Below, piece after piece: positions 38,441 to 50,539 of a DNA stretch of 64,000 nt. The stretch spans positions 20,150,001-20,214,000 of the forward strand of contig NC_082722.1 of NCBI RefSeq assembly GCF_030144855.1, given 5' to 3'. Within the stretch, counting starts at the first letter, position 1. The number at the start of each line of letters is the position of its first letter. The notes under the pieces are model-generated. The model worked only from the letters and a program-made list of their open reading frames with translations, had not been told where the DNA came from and searched no databases. The position numbers and the translations under genes were made by a program. This DNA comes from Hypanus sabinus (taxonomy: Eukaryota).

Positions 38441-41400
38441 CATGATCAATTCCTGCAGTGGATTGACAAGAACTGAGCACAGTATTCCAAGTGCGGTCTG
38501 ACCAGGGTTCTATACAACTGTAACATTACCTCTTCACTCCTGAACTCAATCCCACCGTCGATAAATGCCAATACACCACATGCCTTCTTCACCACACAGT
38601 CAAACTGCACAGCAGCTTTGAGTATCCTATGGGCACAGACCCGAAGATCCCTCTGATCCTCCACACTGCCTAGAGTCTTACCATTAATACTATATTTTGC
38701 CATCATAATTACCTACCAAAAGGAACCACCTCACACTTATCTGGGTTGCACGCCATCTGCCACTTCTCAGCCCAGTTTGCATCCTACCGATGTCCTGCTG
38801 AGACCACTAACAGCCCTCCACAGTATCCACAACACTCCCAACCTTTGTCTCATCAGTGAATTTACTAACCCATCCATCCACTTCCTTATCCAGGTCATTT
38901 ATAAAAATCACAAAGAAAAGAGGTCCCTGAACAGATCCCTGAGGCACACCATTGGTCACAAACATACATGTATAATCACTGTTTGCATTCTGTCGGCAAG
39001 GGAATTTTGGATCCACAACGCAAGGTCCCTTTGGATCCCATGCCTCCTTAATTTCTCAATAAGGCGTACATGGGGTACCTTATCAAATGTCTTGTTGAAA
39101 TCCATAAATGCTACATCTACTGCTCTACCGTCATCAATGTATTTCGTCACGTCCACAAAAAATTCAATCAGGCTCCTAAGGCACAACCTGTCTTTGACAA
39201 GTCCATGCTGACTGTGCCTAATCTTATTATGCCTCTCCAAATATTCATAAATCCTGCCTCTCAGGATCTTCTCCATCAACTTACCAACCGCTGAGGTTAG
39301 ACTCAGTGGTCTATAATTTCCTGAGCTATCTCAACTCCCATTCTTGAAAAAAGGAAGAACATCTGCAATCCTCCAATTCTGAAACGTCTCCCGTCCCCAT
39401 TAATGATGTAAACAAAGATCTTTGCCAGAGGGTCAGCAATCTCCTCCCTTGCCACCCACAAGGTAAGTTAACCCATATACGGCTTATTGAGAAACTAAAG
39501 AGGCAAGGGATTCAAGGGGACCTTGTTTTATGGATCCAGAATTCACTTGCCTCTCATCTTGTCGTGACAACTGCTCCAACTTGATGCTTTTCAAAAGCTC
39601 AAGCACATCCTCTTTCTTAATGTTTATATGCTCAAGTTTTTCAGTAGTCTGTAACTCATCCCTACAATTGCCAAGGTTCTATTCTGTAGTGAATACTGAC
39701 GCAAATACTCTGCTCTCTTGTCCAGATCCATACACACTTCTCCATCGTCCCATTCTCTCACATCATCCTCTGACATCATTCTCATGGCCCCTTCTGGCCC
39801 TCCTAATTTCATTCTTAATCTCCTTCCTGCTAGTCTTATAATTTTCTATATCTTTATCATTACTTAGTTTTTTGAACCTTTCATACGCTTTTCTTTTCTT
39901 TTTGTCTAGATTTTCAGCAGCCTTTATACAGCATGGTTCCTGTACCCTACCATTCTTTCCCTGTCTCATTGGAACATACCTATGCAGAACACCATACAAA
40001 TATCCTCTGAACATTTGCCGCATTTCCGATGTACATTTCCCTAAGAACATCTGTTCCCAAATTATGCTTCCAAGTTCCTGCCTGATAGCTTCATATTTCC
40101 CCTTACTCCAATTAGACGCTTCCCTAGCTTATCTGTTCCTACCCTTTATGGTAAAGTAGATAGAATTGTAATTACAAAATGCTCTCCCACTGAGAGACCT
40201 GGCACCTGACTAGGTTGATTTCCCAAGTACAGCCTCATTGTAGGCCTCTCTACATATTGCGTTAGGAAACCTTCCTGAGCACACTTAACAAACTCCACCC
40301 CATCTAAACCCCTTGCTCGAGAGAGATGCCTATCAATATGGGGGAAATTGAAATCTCCCACTACGACAAACCTGCTATTATTGCATCTTTCCAGGATCTG
40401 TCCCTCTATCTCTCTACCTGCTTCTCAATCTCCCTGTTTCTACTGGGTGGTCAATAAAAAAATATACCTAGTGGAGTTATTGACACCCTTTCTGTTCCTA
40501 ACTTACACCTACATAGACTTCATAGACAATCTCTTCTTGACTTCCTCCTGTTTTGCAGCCGTGACACTATCTCCGATAAGCTGTGCCATGCCCCCACCTC
40601 TTTTGGCTCCCTCCCTGTCGATTCTGAAACATCTAAAGCCTGGCACTATAAATAGCCATTCCTGCCCCTGTGCCATCCAATTCTCTGTAATGGCCACAGC
40701 GTCATAGTTCCAACTACTGATCCACGCTCTAAGCTTTCTTTTTCATGATGCTTCTTGCATTTAAATAGACAATTTTAAACCATCTGTCTGATCGCATCTC
40801 TTCTCTATTACTTACGTTTCCTCCCTCTCATACTGTCTACAAGCTTTCTAGATTTGTGAGCCAACCACTCCTTCCTCTGTCTCTTCAGTTAAGTTCCCAC
40901 CCTCTAGTGATTCTAGTTTAAACTCTCTCCAATAGCCTCAGCAAACCTCCCTGCCATTATATCGGTTCCCCTTGGTTTCAAGTGCAATCCGTACTTTTTG
41001 TGCAGGTCAATCCTGCCCAAAAGAGGCCCCAATGATTCAGAAATTGAGTCCTTAACCCCAGCTCCAAACCCTTAGCCACTCATTTATCCTTCTCCTCACT
41101 TTATTCCTATATTCACTGTCGCGTGGCACAGACAGCAGCCCCGGGATTACTACGTTTGTCCTGCTTCTCAAATTCTTTCCTAACTCCCTGCAGTCTGTTT
41201 TCAGGACCTCCACCCTTTTCCTATCTATGTCGTTGGTACCAATATATAACACGACCTCTGGCTGTTCACATTCCCAGTTCAAGATATCGTGGACGACAAC
41301 AGAAACATCCCAGACACGGACACTTGGAAGGAAAACTACCATCCTCATTTCTTTCCTGCGTTCACAAAATCGCCTGTGTGACCCGCTACCTATATTGTCC

Positions 41401-41540
41401 CCTGTCACTGCTGCCATCCTCCTCCTTTATGACCCTTCTGAGCCACAGCGCAAGAGTCTGTGCCAGAGGCCAGTCATTGTTGCTTCCCCCAGTTAGGTCG
41501 TGTCCCACAAGAATGCTCAAACAGGAGTACTCATTGTTAA
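38440..41540 (-). mobile_element. CR1 LINE with esterase ORF1, endonuclease and RT remnants
   Basis: ORFs 41052-41417 (GTNDIDRK), 40509-40697, 40146-40361 (MGDFNFP) and 38956-39279 (FMDFNKTFDKVPH). Confidence 0.9.
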
Positions 41541-41544
41541 CATT

Positions 41545-41940
41545 GAACATAGAATAGTACAACACAGTACAGGCCCTTCGGCCCAAAATGTTGTACTGAC
41601 CCTTTAACCCTGCCTCTCATATATCCCGTCCACCTTAAATTCCTCCATATACCTGTCCAGTAGTCTCTGAAATTTCACTAGTGTGACTAGTGTGTCTGCC
41701 TCCATCACTGACTGAGGCAGTGTATTCCACGAACCAACTACTCTCTGAGTAAAAACCCTTGCTCTAATATACTCCTTGAACTTCCCACCTCTTACCTTAA
41801 AGCCATGTCCTCTTGTATTGAGCAGTGGTGCCCTGGGGAAGAGGCGCTGGCTGTCCACTCTACCTATTCCTCTTAATATCTTGTATACCTCTATCATATC
41901 TCCTTTCATCCTCCTTCTCTCCAGCGAGTAAAGTCCTAGC
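41545..41940 (-). mobile_element. CR1 LINE 3' fragment
   Basis: ORF 41604-41909 (KGDMIEVYKI...TRGHGFKV). Confidence 0.9.
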
Positions 41941-42307
41941 TTCCTTAATCACTGATCAAAATGCATACTCTCTATTGATTTGGATTTCGACTTGGAGCAA
42001 ACATGTTAGAAAGACAACCATCTCCTTCCACTCTTTATTTGCCTCTGAAACAGCTGTATCTTTTCACAAAGTTTTCTCATTACAAACACTGAAGAAAACT
42101 TCAGCTTTTGTGATTTTGGAGGTGGTGTTTAATTTCCTGCCTGGCTTTGTACACAGTGCTTTGTAAGAGAAGCAGTAGAAGAAGCAATAGATTTTTAGGA
42201 TACTTATTTTTGATGCAGTGATGTAGTAATTCAACTGTTTGAATTTTTCTAAAAAGAATTCATTAATTTGTAGATATTAAGTGTTGCAATATTCCACAAT
42301 AATTCAG

Positions 42308-42348
42308 TTGTATGAAAGTGATATTAGAAATCACTATCGCATCATCAA
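42308..42348 (+). pseudogene. DGAT1: Putative DGAT1-like exon 3 (aberrant; alternative acceptor at 42274)
   Basis: 41 nt, phase 0 to 2, ending ATC AA/GTAAGG like mammalian exon 3 (..LIK), in frame with exon 4. Internal sequence LYESDIRNHYRIIK is poorly conserved. The upstream acceptor gives ILSVA.. but runs into a stop. Confidence 0.45.
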
Positions 42349-42867
42349 GTAAGGAGTAACTACTCACAATCGGGTGTAAACCGTGGAATATTTAACACTG
42401 AAAGAATACAAGATAAATTTTATTTCGTATTAATTGGGATAACCATTTCTGTAAGCCTACTGTCAACATTGCCTTATTGTATGTAGCATTAGAAGTTTGT
42501 AGAAAATTTACTATAAAGTCATGTTAATAAGTAAATCTGTTTATTTATGTTAATTACCTTAATTTTTCCACAGCTTTTGACACATACACATATGGTGAAT
42601 GTGTCAAAATGAAAATTTGATTACGTATGCATTGCACCTGCAGTTATAATAGTACTGAGGTAAACTTTGCAACAATTAATTTTAACATTTGAACAGTAAT
42701 TTTCTAATAATTTGTATTTTTAATTTTAATGAGACTGCAGAAGCCTTTGTTTATGAGGTCTGTATATGTATGTATATATAACATTTTTCTCCCAGTTTAT
42801 CTTGATGAACATTGTTTACTTTGTAGATTCAGCTGTAATATTAATGACAACTAAAGTACCTATACAG

Positions 42868-42953
42868 GTATGGAATCCTTGTGGATCCAGTTCAGATTAT
42901 TGCATTTGCTTTGAGTGACCCCAACACGTGGCCAGGTTCATATCTGATTATTG
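42868..42953 (+). CDS. DGAT1: DGAT1-like exon 4 (diacylglycerol O-acyltransferase 1, MBOAT family), divergent
   Basis: 86 nt, AG/GTAAGT, phase 2 to 1. YGILVDPVQIIAFALSDPNTWPGSYLII versus remembered human [28 protein letters not shown] (15/28 identical). Length and phase match the remembered human exon. Confidence 0.85.
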
Positions 42954-43164
42954 GTAAGTGAGAACATTTGGACTAAAATTAATTTTTTTTTTAAATTGTA
43001 CTTGAATGTATTAAATACATTTGCATTTTAAATAGATCTTGCATTTATTTGAAATTAATAATAATGGAATTTTAAATCTTGCAGCATTTTGGCAAAAATA
43101 AACAAAATTAAGGTGTTATTCAGCAAATTTTAATATATTATTTAAATATTCACAAAGAACCACT

Positions 43165-44430
43165 GAACCATAGAACATTATAGCACAGAAACAGGCCTTC
43201 TGGCCCTTCTTGGCTGTAGCAAACCATTTTTCTGCCTAGTCCCACTGACCTGAACCTGGACCATATCCCTCCGTAGACCTCTTATCCGTGCACCTGTCCA
43301 AGTTTTTCTTAAAAGTTAAAAGTGAGCCCGCATTTACCGCTTCAGCGAGCAGCTCATTCCGCATTCCCAACACTTTCTGTGTGAAAATGCACCACCCCCC
43401 ATGTTCACTTTAAACTTCTCTCCATTCACCCTTAACCCATATCCTCTGGATTTTTTATCCACTAACCTCAGAGGAAAAACCCTGCTTGCGTTCACTCTAT
43501 GTATACCCATCATAATTTTATATACCTCTATCAAATTTCCCCTCATTCTTCTACGCTCCAGGGAATTAAGTCCTAACTTATTCAACCTTTCTCTATAACT
43601 CAGTTTCTCAAGTCCCGGCAACATCCTTGTAAAGTTTTTCTGCACTTTTTCAAACTTATTAATATCCTTCCTATAATTCAGAGTCCAAAACTGCACACAA
43701 TACTCCAAATTCGGCCTCACCAATGCCTTATGTAACCTCACCATAGCATTCCAACTCTTATACTCAATACTTTGATTTATAAAGGCCGATGTACCAAAAT
43801 CTCTGTTTACTACTCTATCTACCTGTGATGCCAATTTTAGGGAATATTGTACCTGTATTCCCAGATCCCTCTGTTCAACTGCACTCCTCAGTGACCTACC
43901 ATTTACCTTGTATGTTCTACCTTGTTTTTCCTTCCAAAGTGCAATATCTCACACTTGTCTGTTTTAAACTCCTTCTGCCATTTTTCAGCCCATTTTTCCA
44001 GCTGGTCCAAATTCCTGTGCAAGCTTTGAAAAACTTCGTCACTGTACACTACACGTCCATTCTTTGTATCATCAGCAAATTTTCTGATCCAATTTACCTC
44101 ATTATCATCCAGATCATTGATATAGATGACAAATAACAATGGACCCAGCATTGATCCCTGTGACACATGACTAGTCACAGGCCTCCACTCAGAGAAGCAA
44201 TCCTCCACTACCACTCTCTGACTTCTCCAATTGAGCCAATGTCTAATCCAAATTACTATCTCAGCATGTATACCTAGCGACTGAATCCTCCTAACTGACG
44301 ACCCTTGCCGGACCTTGTCAAAGGCCTTACTGAATTCCATGTAGATAACATCCACTACCTTCCCTTCATCCACTTTCCTTGTAACCTCTTCGAAAAACTG
44401 TAGGGGATTTGTTAAACATGACCTACCACA
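43165..44430 (-). mobile_element. CR1 LINE RT and 3' end
   Basis: ORFs 43903-44514 (MEFSKAFDKV, GSMLGPLLF, KFADDT) and 43334-43834. Confidence 0.95.
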
Positions 44431-46314
44431 AACGTGTGTTCTATTAACCAGGGAATCAAAAATTATTTCCTGAAAAGGATTGTCTGTATTATTGATTGCA
44501 ACATGATTACACATTCTCGAGTCTCCATTTACGTATCGACACTGTGACGTTTCTAATTACATTATACCAATGAAGCCCCTGAAGAATAATAAAGTGACAC
44601 TCATTTCAATAACGTTGATGTGTTTCTAAGTGCTACTTTGAATCGTTTTATGACCTGTGGATCCAATGGCTAAGAAGCTTAAATCAGTATCCGTACACAG
44701 GCTTTGATATTTTAAATTATCTTAGTCATGTGCAATCATTTTGATTACTTAACAGGTGGCACATCTTTCCATTTTGGGCCATGGTGTCCTGGTGCTAAGG
44801 AGATTTGGTTTCAGGTTCTTGTCTCCAGTATTGAAGAATTGGTATTGTAGTTCAGTGAGAAGATATTTTCTGTTGCAGCTAAGTTATTTTCCCTCTGTTT
44901 CTGCAGTCAAGACCAAGATTATTTCATAAAACTCAAATGGAATACCGTGTTTGGTTGTAGGAACATTATCTCAGGAAAGGAGTACTTACCATAGAAAGGA
45001 ATCAATGCAGACACACCAGAATTGATCTAGACATAGTTGCATTATGAAAACCAAGGATTTATTGATTTAGAGATGCAATGCAGACTAGGCCCTTCGAGCC
45101 ACACTACCCTGCAACGCCTGACAAGCCCATATTAACCCTAATCTAATCATAGGACAATTTACAACAACTAATGAAAATTTGTGAATGATTTATTCAAGAT
45201 AAATGTATTAAGACTGTTACAAAGAGGCAATTCCTCACGGAAGTAGAGAAGACTGAAAATTCTAAGCAAGACACAGAGGTGAATGAAATTTCCGTGTTGG
45301 CAAGATGGAAATAGTAGTGACTCCTTGCATGTGTATTGGGGTATCATTCTTTTACCCAAGTTAATTGAGCTTAATCGTTCAAAGAACAATGTTAGCAGTT
45401 GACGGTAGAAATAAGGGGCATTTCTATTATCAAGAAAAATTCAAGGAAGTGCTGAATATCTTGAATTGCTTATAGGAAGGGGGAAATTGAATTGTGAGAG
45501 GGAGGAATGCAAGTGATTAAAATTCACTGCATTATTTTGGTTTTCTGTTAGATGTTATCTTTGCATTTATTTGAAGTAACGGAACAATCTGTTTTAAACA
45601 ATGTAGTACAATTAATAGACTTTGAGAAGGTAATTACTGGAACACTGTGAAGTACGGAAGGCATAATGTACATATTTTTTTTGTGTACCATGCTCTGCCA
45701 GAACCTCAGCAACTACTTATGATTTTAAATGGTTCTCTTGGAGGAACGATTCTGTGAGTGGTCCCCCACGTCCTTCTCACTGTACAGTGTTTATTTGTTT
45801 GTTTGCTTGTTTTACGAAGCCGAGTTATGAGCACAGCACTCAACCCGGCATGGATGGAAAGTGTGGTCGAACTAGGGAACCTTCGCTCCAGAGTCTGGCA
45901 CTGTTGTTATTGCGCTACCATCTGGACAAAGATTATACTGCAGACGAAATTGATATCAAGTTGTAACTTAATGAACAGCTATCATTTTGCTCTTCGAAAC
46001 AAAGGGCTCCAGGAATACTTGAAGGATATGTTCAACATTTTGAAAGAGTAAATCAATGAGTTGACGATGTGTCTCTTGGGTTTATTGTATATTCAAGCAT
46101 TTTGCATAACAAATGAACGAACAGAATAACAAGATAAAATAAATAGGAAAAGATTTTAAAAAAAAGATTTTTTAGTAAAGCATTTGTACAGTGGAATATT
46201 AACTATTCAGTTTCTAAATTTATTAACATTATTAAATGTTAGTGTGAATAGTAGTTTCATTAATATAAATCTGGAATTAAAATCGTCAATGTGAGCATTT
46301 TTCTCTCTTTACAG

Positions 46315-46367
46315 TGCAGAATATATTAATCCCCATTGCTCTTCATATTGAAAAATCCCTGTCAACT
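46315..46367 (+). pseudogene. DGAT1: DGAT1-like exon 5 with mutated splice donor (CTAAGT)
   Basis: Strong acceptor TTTTTCTCTCTTTACAG. 53 nt, phase 1 to 0. (V)QNILIPIALHIEKSLST aligns with AANVFAVAAFQVEKRLAV. Followed by CTAAGT instead of GTAAGT. Confidence 0.7.
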
Positions 46368-46489
46368 CTAAGTGCATCTCCACTACTAAATTTCAACTTT
46401 ATTTTATAAATATACTTTTTGGGAATGGTAAGCTGTGTTGAAAATTTAAATATGTATAGAGGCTGGAAAGCTGAAACTGAAAAAAATAT

Positions 46490-48490
46490 ATCAGAAAATT
46501 ATGGGTGTACCCATTGATAGGTATCTAATTGGTCAGGGTATCAAGGGATGTGGGAAAAAGCCGGAAATTGGAACAAGATAGGAGAGTAGTTTAGATCATG
46601 GTGGAGTGGCGGCGCAGACACGATGGGCCGAATGGCCCACTTCTGCTCATTTGTTTTGTGATCTTGTGACCTTGAATGTCACGCAGCACCCATTGAAAAG
46701 GAAATGGCGTTAACATTTCAGATGTCAGATCCTTCATTAGAACTTCAGAATAGAGGAAGTAAGTCATTTTTCAGATTTATTGTGCTGAGAGAAAGAAAAG
46801 GATGATAGAACGTGTGGCCAAAGAATTGGTGCAGGGGGCAAGGTTTCAGATATGTGGTATCTATTCTAGGAAATGTATGCCCTGTATGAAAAAGATGGGT
46901 TACAGTTGATTCCCAGGGGGACCAATATCCTTGCGGTCAGGTCTGATAGAGCATTTGGCGATGATTTAAACTAACTTGGCAGAGGGATGGGGACCAGAGT
47001 GATAGGTAGAGGGTGGGATGGTTGGTATAAAGGTAGATGCAGTATATTGTGAGTCTGTGAGGAAAGATAGGAAGTGGAAAGTGCATAATTGTAATCAGCT
47101 GGATGTGTTGATGTGTGTCTTTTTTAATGCCAGAAGTTTCAGTAACAAGTGTGGTGAAATTAAAATCTGGATCACTACATCGAGTTACGATATCTTGACC
47201 ATTACAGAGACAATGATATCGTAAGGGCTGCTGGATATTTCAGGATTTAGATCGTTCAAAAGGTACATGTAGCGAGTGAAGTGTTTGGGGGAGTAGCATT
47301 GCTATTCAGAGATCATATCACAATTGCAGAAGGATGTCATGGAGGATTTGTCTACTGAGTCAGTATGGATGGAAGCCAGAAACAGGAAAGAAGCTATCAC
47401 TATTGAGAGAATTCTATAGATCTTGCAATAGAAACAAGGAGACTGTGGAGCATATTGGGAAACTGAATTTGGAAATGTGCGTAAATAAGGTAGTTGTCAT
47501 GGATGAATTCAAGTTCTCTAATATTGATTAGTACCTCCTCAGTGCAAACAGTTTAGGGTCAGAATTTGTAAGGTTCATCCACGGAGGATTTCTGGCAGAA
47601 TACGTAGAAAGGCCAACTGGAGGAGAGGTCATACTGGATCTGATACTAAGCAATTAACCTGGTCGGTTGACATATCTCTTCATGGGTGAGCATTTTGGAG
47701 TCAGTGACCTCAACTCCCTGACATTCAGCCGAGCCTTTACAGGGATAGAAGCGGAGGTACACGAAAATATTGAATTGGGGGAGGGCAAAATATGATGTCA
47801 TTAGGTAACCTTGGGAGCATAAAATGGAAACACATGCACTCAGGGAATTGTACATCAGAGATGCAGAGTTTGTTTAGGGAGTACTTGCTTGGGGTACTGG
47901 ATAGGTTTGTCCCACTGAGGCAGTGAAAGGACAGTAAAGTGGAAAAAAATGTGGAAAATTTAGAGAAGAGGGAGAAAGAGCATACATAAGGCTTAGGAAA
48001 CAAGGATCAGACATGGTTCTAGAAATTTACAAAGGTAGCCAGGAAGGAACTTAATAATGTGTTTGGAAGAGCAAGCATTAGAAAGTATTGGTGTGTAGGA
48101 TTAAGGAAAACCCCAAAGTGTTCTACATGTATGTGAAGAACAGGAGGATGGCAGCAATAAGCATAGGACTGATCAGGGATGGGAGAGGAAACCTATACCT
48201 GGAGTTAGAGGGTGTGGTGGAGGGCATTAATGAATATTTTGCTTCAGTATTCATTAGTAGGAACCGTGACAACTGTGAGGACAGTGTAACGCAGCTGATA
48301 TGCAGAGACATAATGATATTAAGAAAGTGGATGTGTTTGTGATGAGCAAATTATTGGAGTGGATTCTTAGAAATAGGGCTTACAAGCATTTGTACAGGCA
48401 TAGTCTGATTGGGGATAATCATTATGGCTTTGTGAGGGGCAGGTTATTCCTCAGTACTTGACTGAAGGTATGATCTGTGGAGGGCTATTT
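46490..48490 (+). mobile_element. CR1 LINE fragments (3' piece, ORF1 end, endonuclease)
   Basis: FNARSFSNK, YDILTITET, DEFKFSNID and KENPKVFYMYVK motifs. Confidence 0.85.
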
Positions 48491-50340
48491 CAAGGGTGAA
48501 GAGAAAATATCGAATTAAGTTGCCAGCGACATTGAATGTACGGCTTCTCCTGTAGTGTTTGCAAGACTTGACTTCCTGCAAAGCAAAACCCAATGGCATC
48601 GATGCTTCACTACCAGATAAATTCAACGCCTTCTATGCCCACTTTGAAAAGGGAAAATATAACTGCAGCTGTGAAGATCCCTGCAGCATATCTGTGAGAT
48701 ATCCCTGTGAAGAGCCTTACTAGGTATTCCATCGGTACTTTCCACCTTGCGAGGATTCACGCTCTTTAATGACAGCATATTAGCCTGACCCTGTGATCTC
48801 TGTCTCAGACACCGATGTTTGGCTGTCTTTAAAGGGAGTGAAACCTCACAAGGCAGAAGGTTCTGAAGGTTACCAGGAGTACCTGGTAAGGCTCTGAAAA
48901 CTTGTGCTAACCAACTAGCAGGAGTATTCAAAGACATCTTCAACCTCTCACTACTACGGGCAGACAATCCCACTTGCTTCAGAAAGGCAACAATTACACC
49001 AGTGCCTAAGAAGAATACTGTGATTTGCCTTAATGACTATCACTCACTCACATCTGTAGTGATGAAATGCTTTGAGAGGTTTTTCATGACTAGATTGAAT
49101 TCCTGCCTCAGAAAGACCCAGGACGCATTGCAATTTGCCTGTCGCCACGATAGGTCAACAGTCGATGCATTCTCACTGGCTCTTCACACAGCCTTAGACC
49201 ACATAAACAATGCAACCATCTATGTCAGAATGCTGTTCATCGACTACAGCTCAGCATTTAGCACCATTATTCCTACAATCCTGATTGAGAAGTTGCAGAA
49301 CCTGGGCCACGCTCTGCAATTGAATCCTTGATTTCCTAACTGAAAGACTACAATCTGTACGGATTGGTGGTAATACCTCCTCTTCACTGACGATCAATAC
49401 CAGTGCACCTCAAGGGTGTGCTTAGCCCACTGCTCTACTCTCTCTATGCCCATGACTTTGTGGCTAAGTATAGCTTAAATATCATCTATAAATTTGCTAA
49501 TGATACAAACATTGTTGGTAAAATCTCAGATGGCGCTGAGCGGTGTACAGGAGTGAGGTAAGCCAACTAGTGGAGTGGTGTCGCAGCAACAACGTTGCAC
49601 TCAACGTCAGTAAGATGAAAGAGCTGATTGTGGACGTCAGGAAGGGTAAGAGAAAGGAACACATACCAATCCTCATAGAGGGGTCAGAAGTGGAGAGAAT
49701 AAGCAGTTTCAAGTTCCTGGGTGTCATGATCTCTGAGGACCTAACCTGGTCTCAACATATTGATGTAGTTATTAAGAAGGCAAGTTAGCTATACTTCATT
49801 AGGAGTTTGAAGAGATTTGGTATGTCTCGAAATACACTCGAAAGGTTCTATAAATGTACCGTGGAGAGCTGCATCACTATCTGGTATGGGAGTTGAGGGT
49901 GGGGTGGGCGGTCGGTTGGGTGCGGGCTACTGCACTGGACCGAAAGAAGCTGCAGAAGGTCGTAAATTTAGTTGGCTCTATTTTAGGTACTCGTCTACAA
50001 AGTACCCAGGACATCTTCAAGGAGCAGTGTCTCAGAAAGGCAGCATCCACTATTAAGGACTTCCAGCACCCAGGGCATGCCCTTATCCCACTGTTATCAG
50101 GCAGGAGGAACAGAAGCCTAAAGTCACACACTCAGCGATTCAGGAACAGCTCCTTCCCCTCCTAAACAGACATTGAACCCGAAAACACTACCTCTTTTTA
50201 AATACATATTTCTGCGTTTTGCATGATTTTTAATATATTCAATATATGTATACTGTAATTTACTTACTTATTCATTATTATTTTTTCTTCTATGTCATGC
50301 ATTGCATTGGACAGTTGCTGCTAAGTTAACAAATTTCACG
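48490..50340 (+). mobile_element. Rex1/Babar-type LINE RT and 3' end
   Basis: [31 protein letters not shown] (ORF 49002-49331), WCRSNNVALNVSKMKELIVD and TQRFRNSSFP motifs. Confidence 0.9.
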
Positions 50341-50539
50341 GCATATGCCGGTGATAATCAGAATCAAACTTTAATCGCCGAGTACCTGTACACATACAAG
50401 GAATTTACTTCCGGCAGATGTTGTCTCTCTGCTCATAGCAGATGATAAATATAAATGAAAATATAGATTATACATACAAGTAGTGTAATAAACCTAATTC
50501 TGATTCTGATTCTGAATTCTTTCAGGAATAGAGAAAACG

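Noticed and set aside
42010-42121. Possible DGAT1 exon 2 (HSLFASET versus DSLFSSDS)
   Set aside because: 112 nt rather than 88, weak splice sites and no NYRGILNW motif. Only suggestive, but worth rechecking by alignment.
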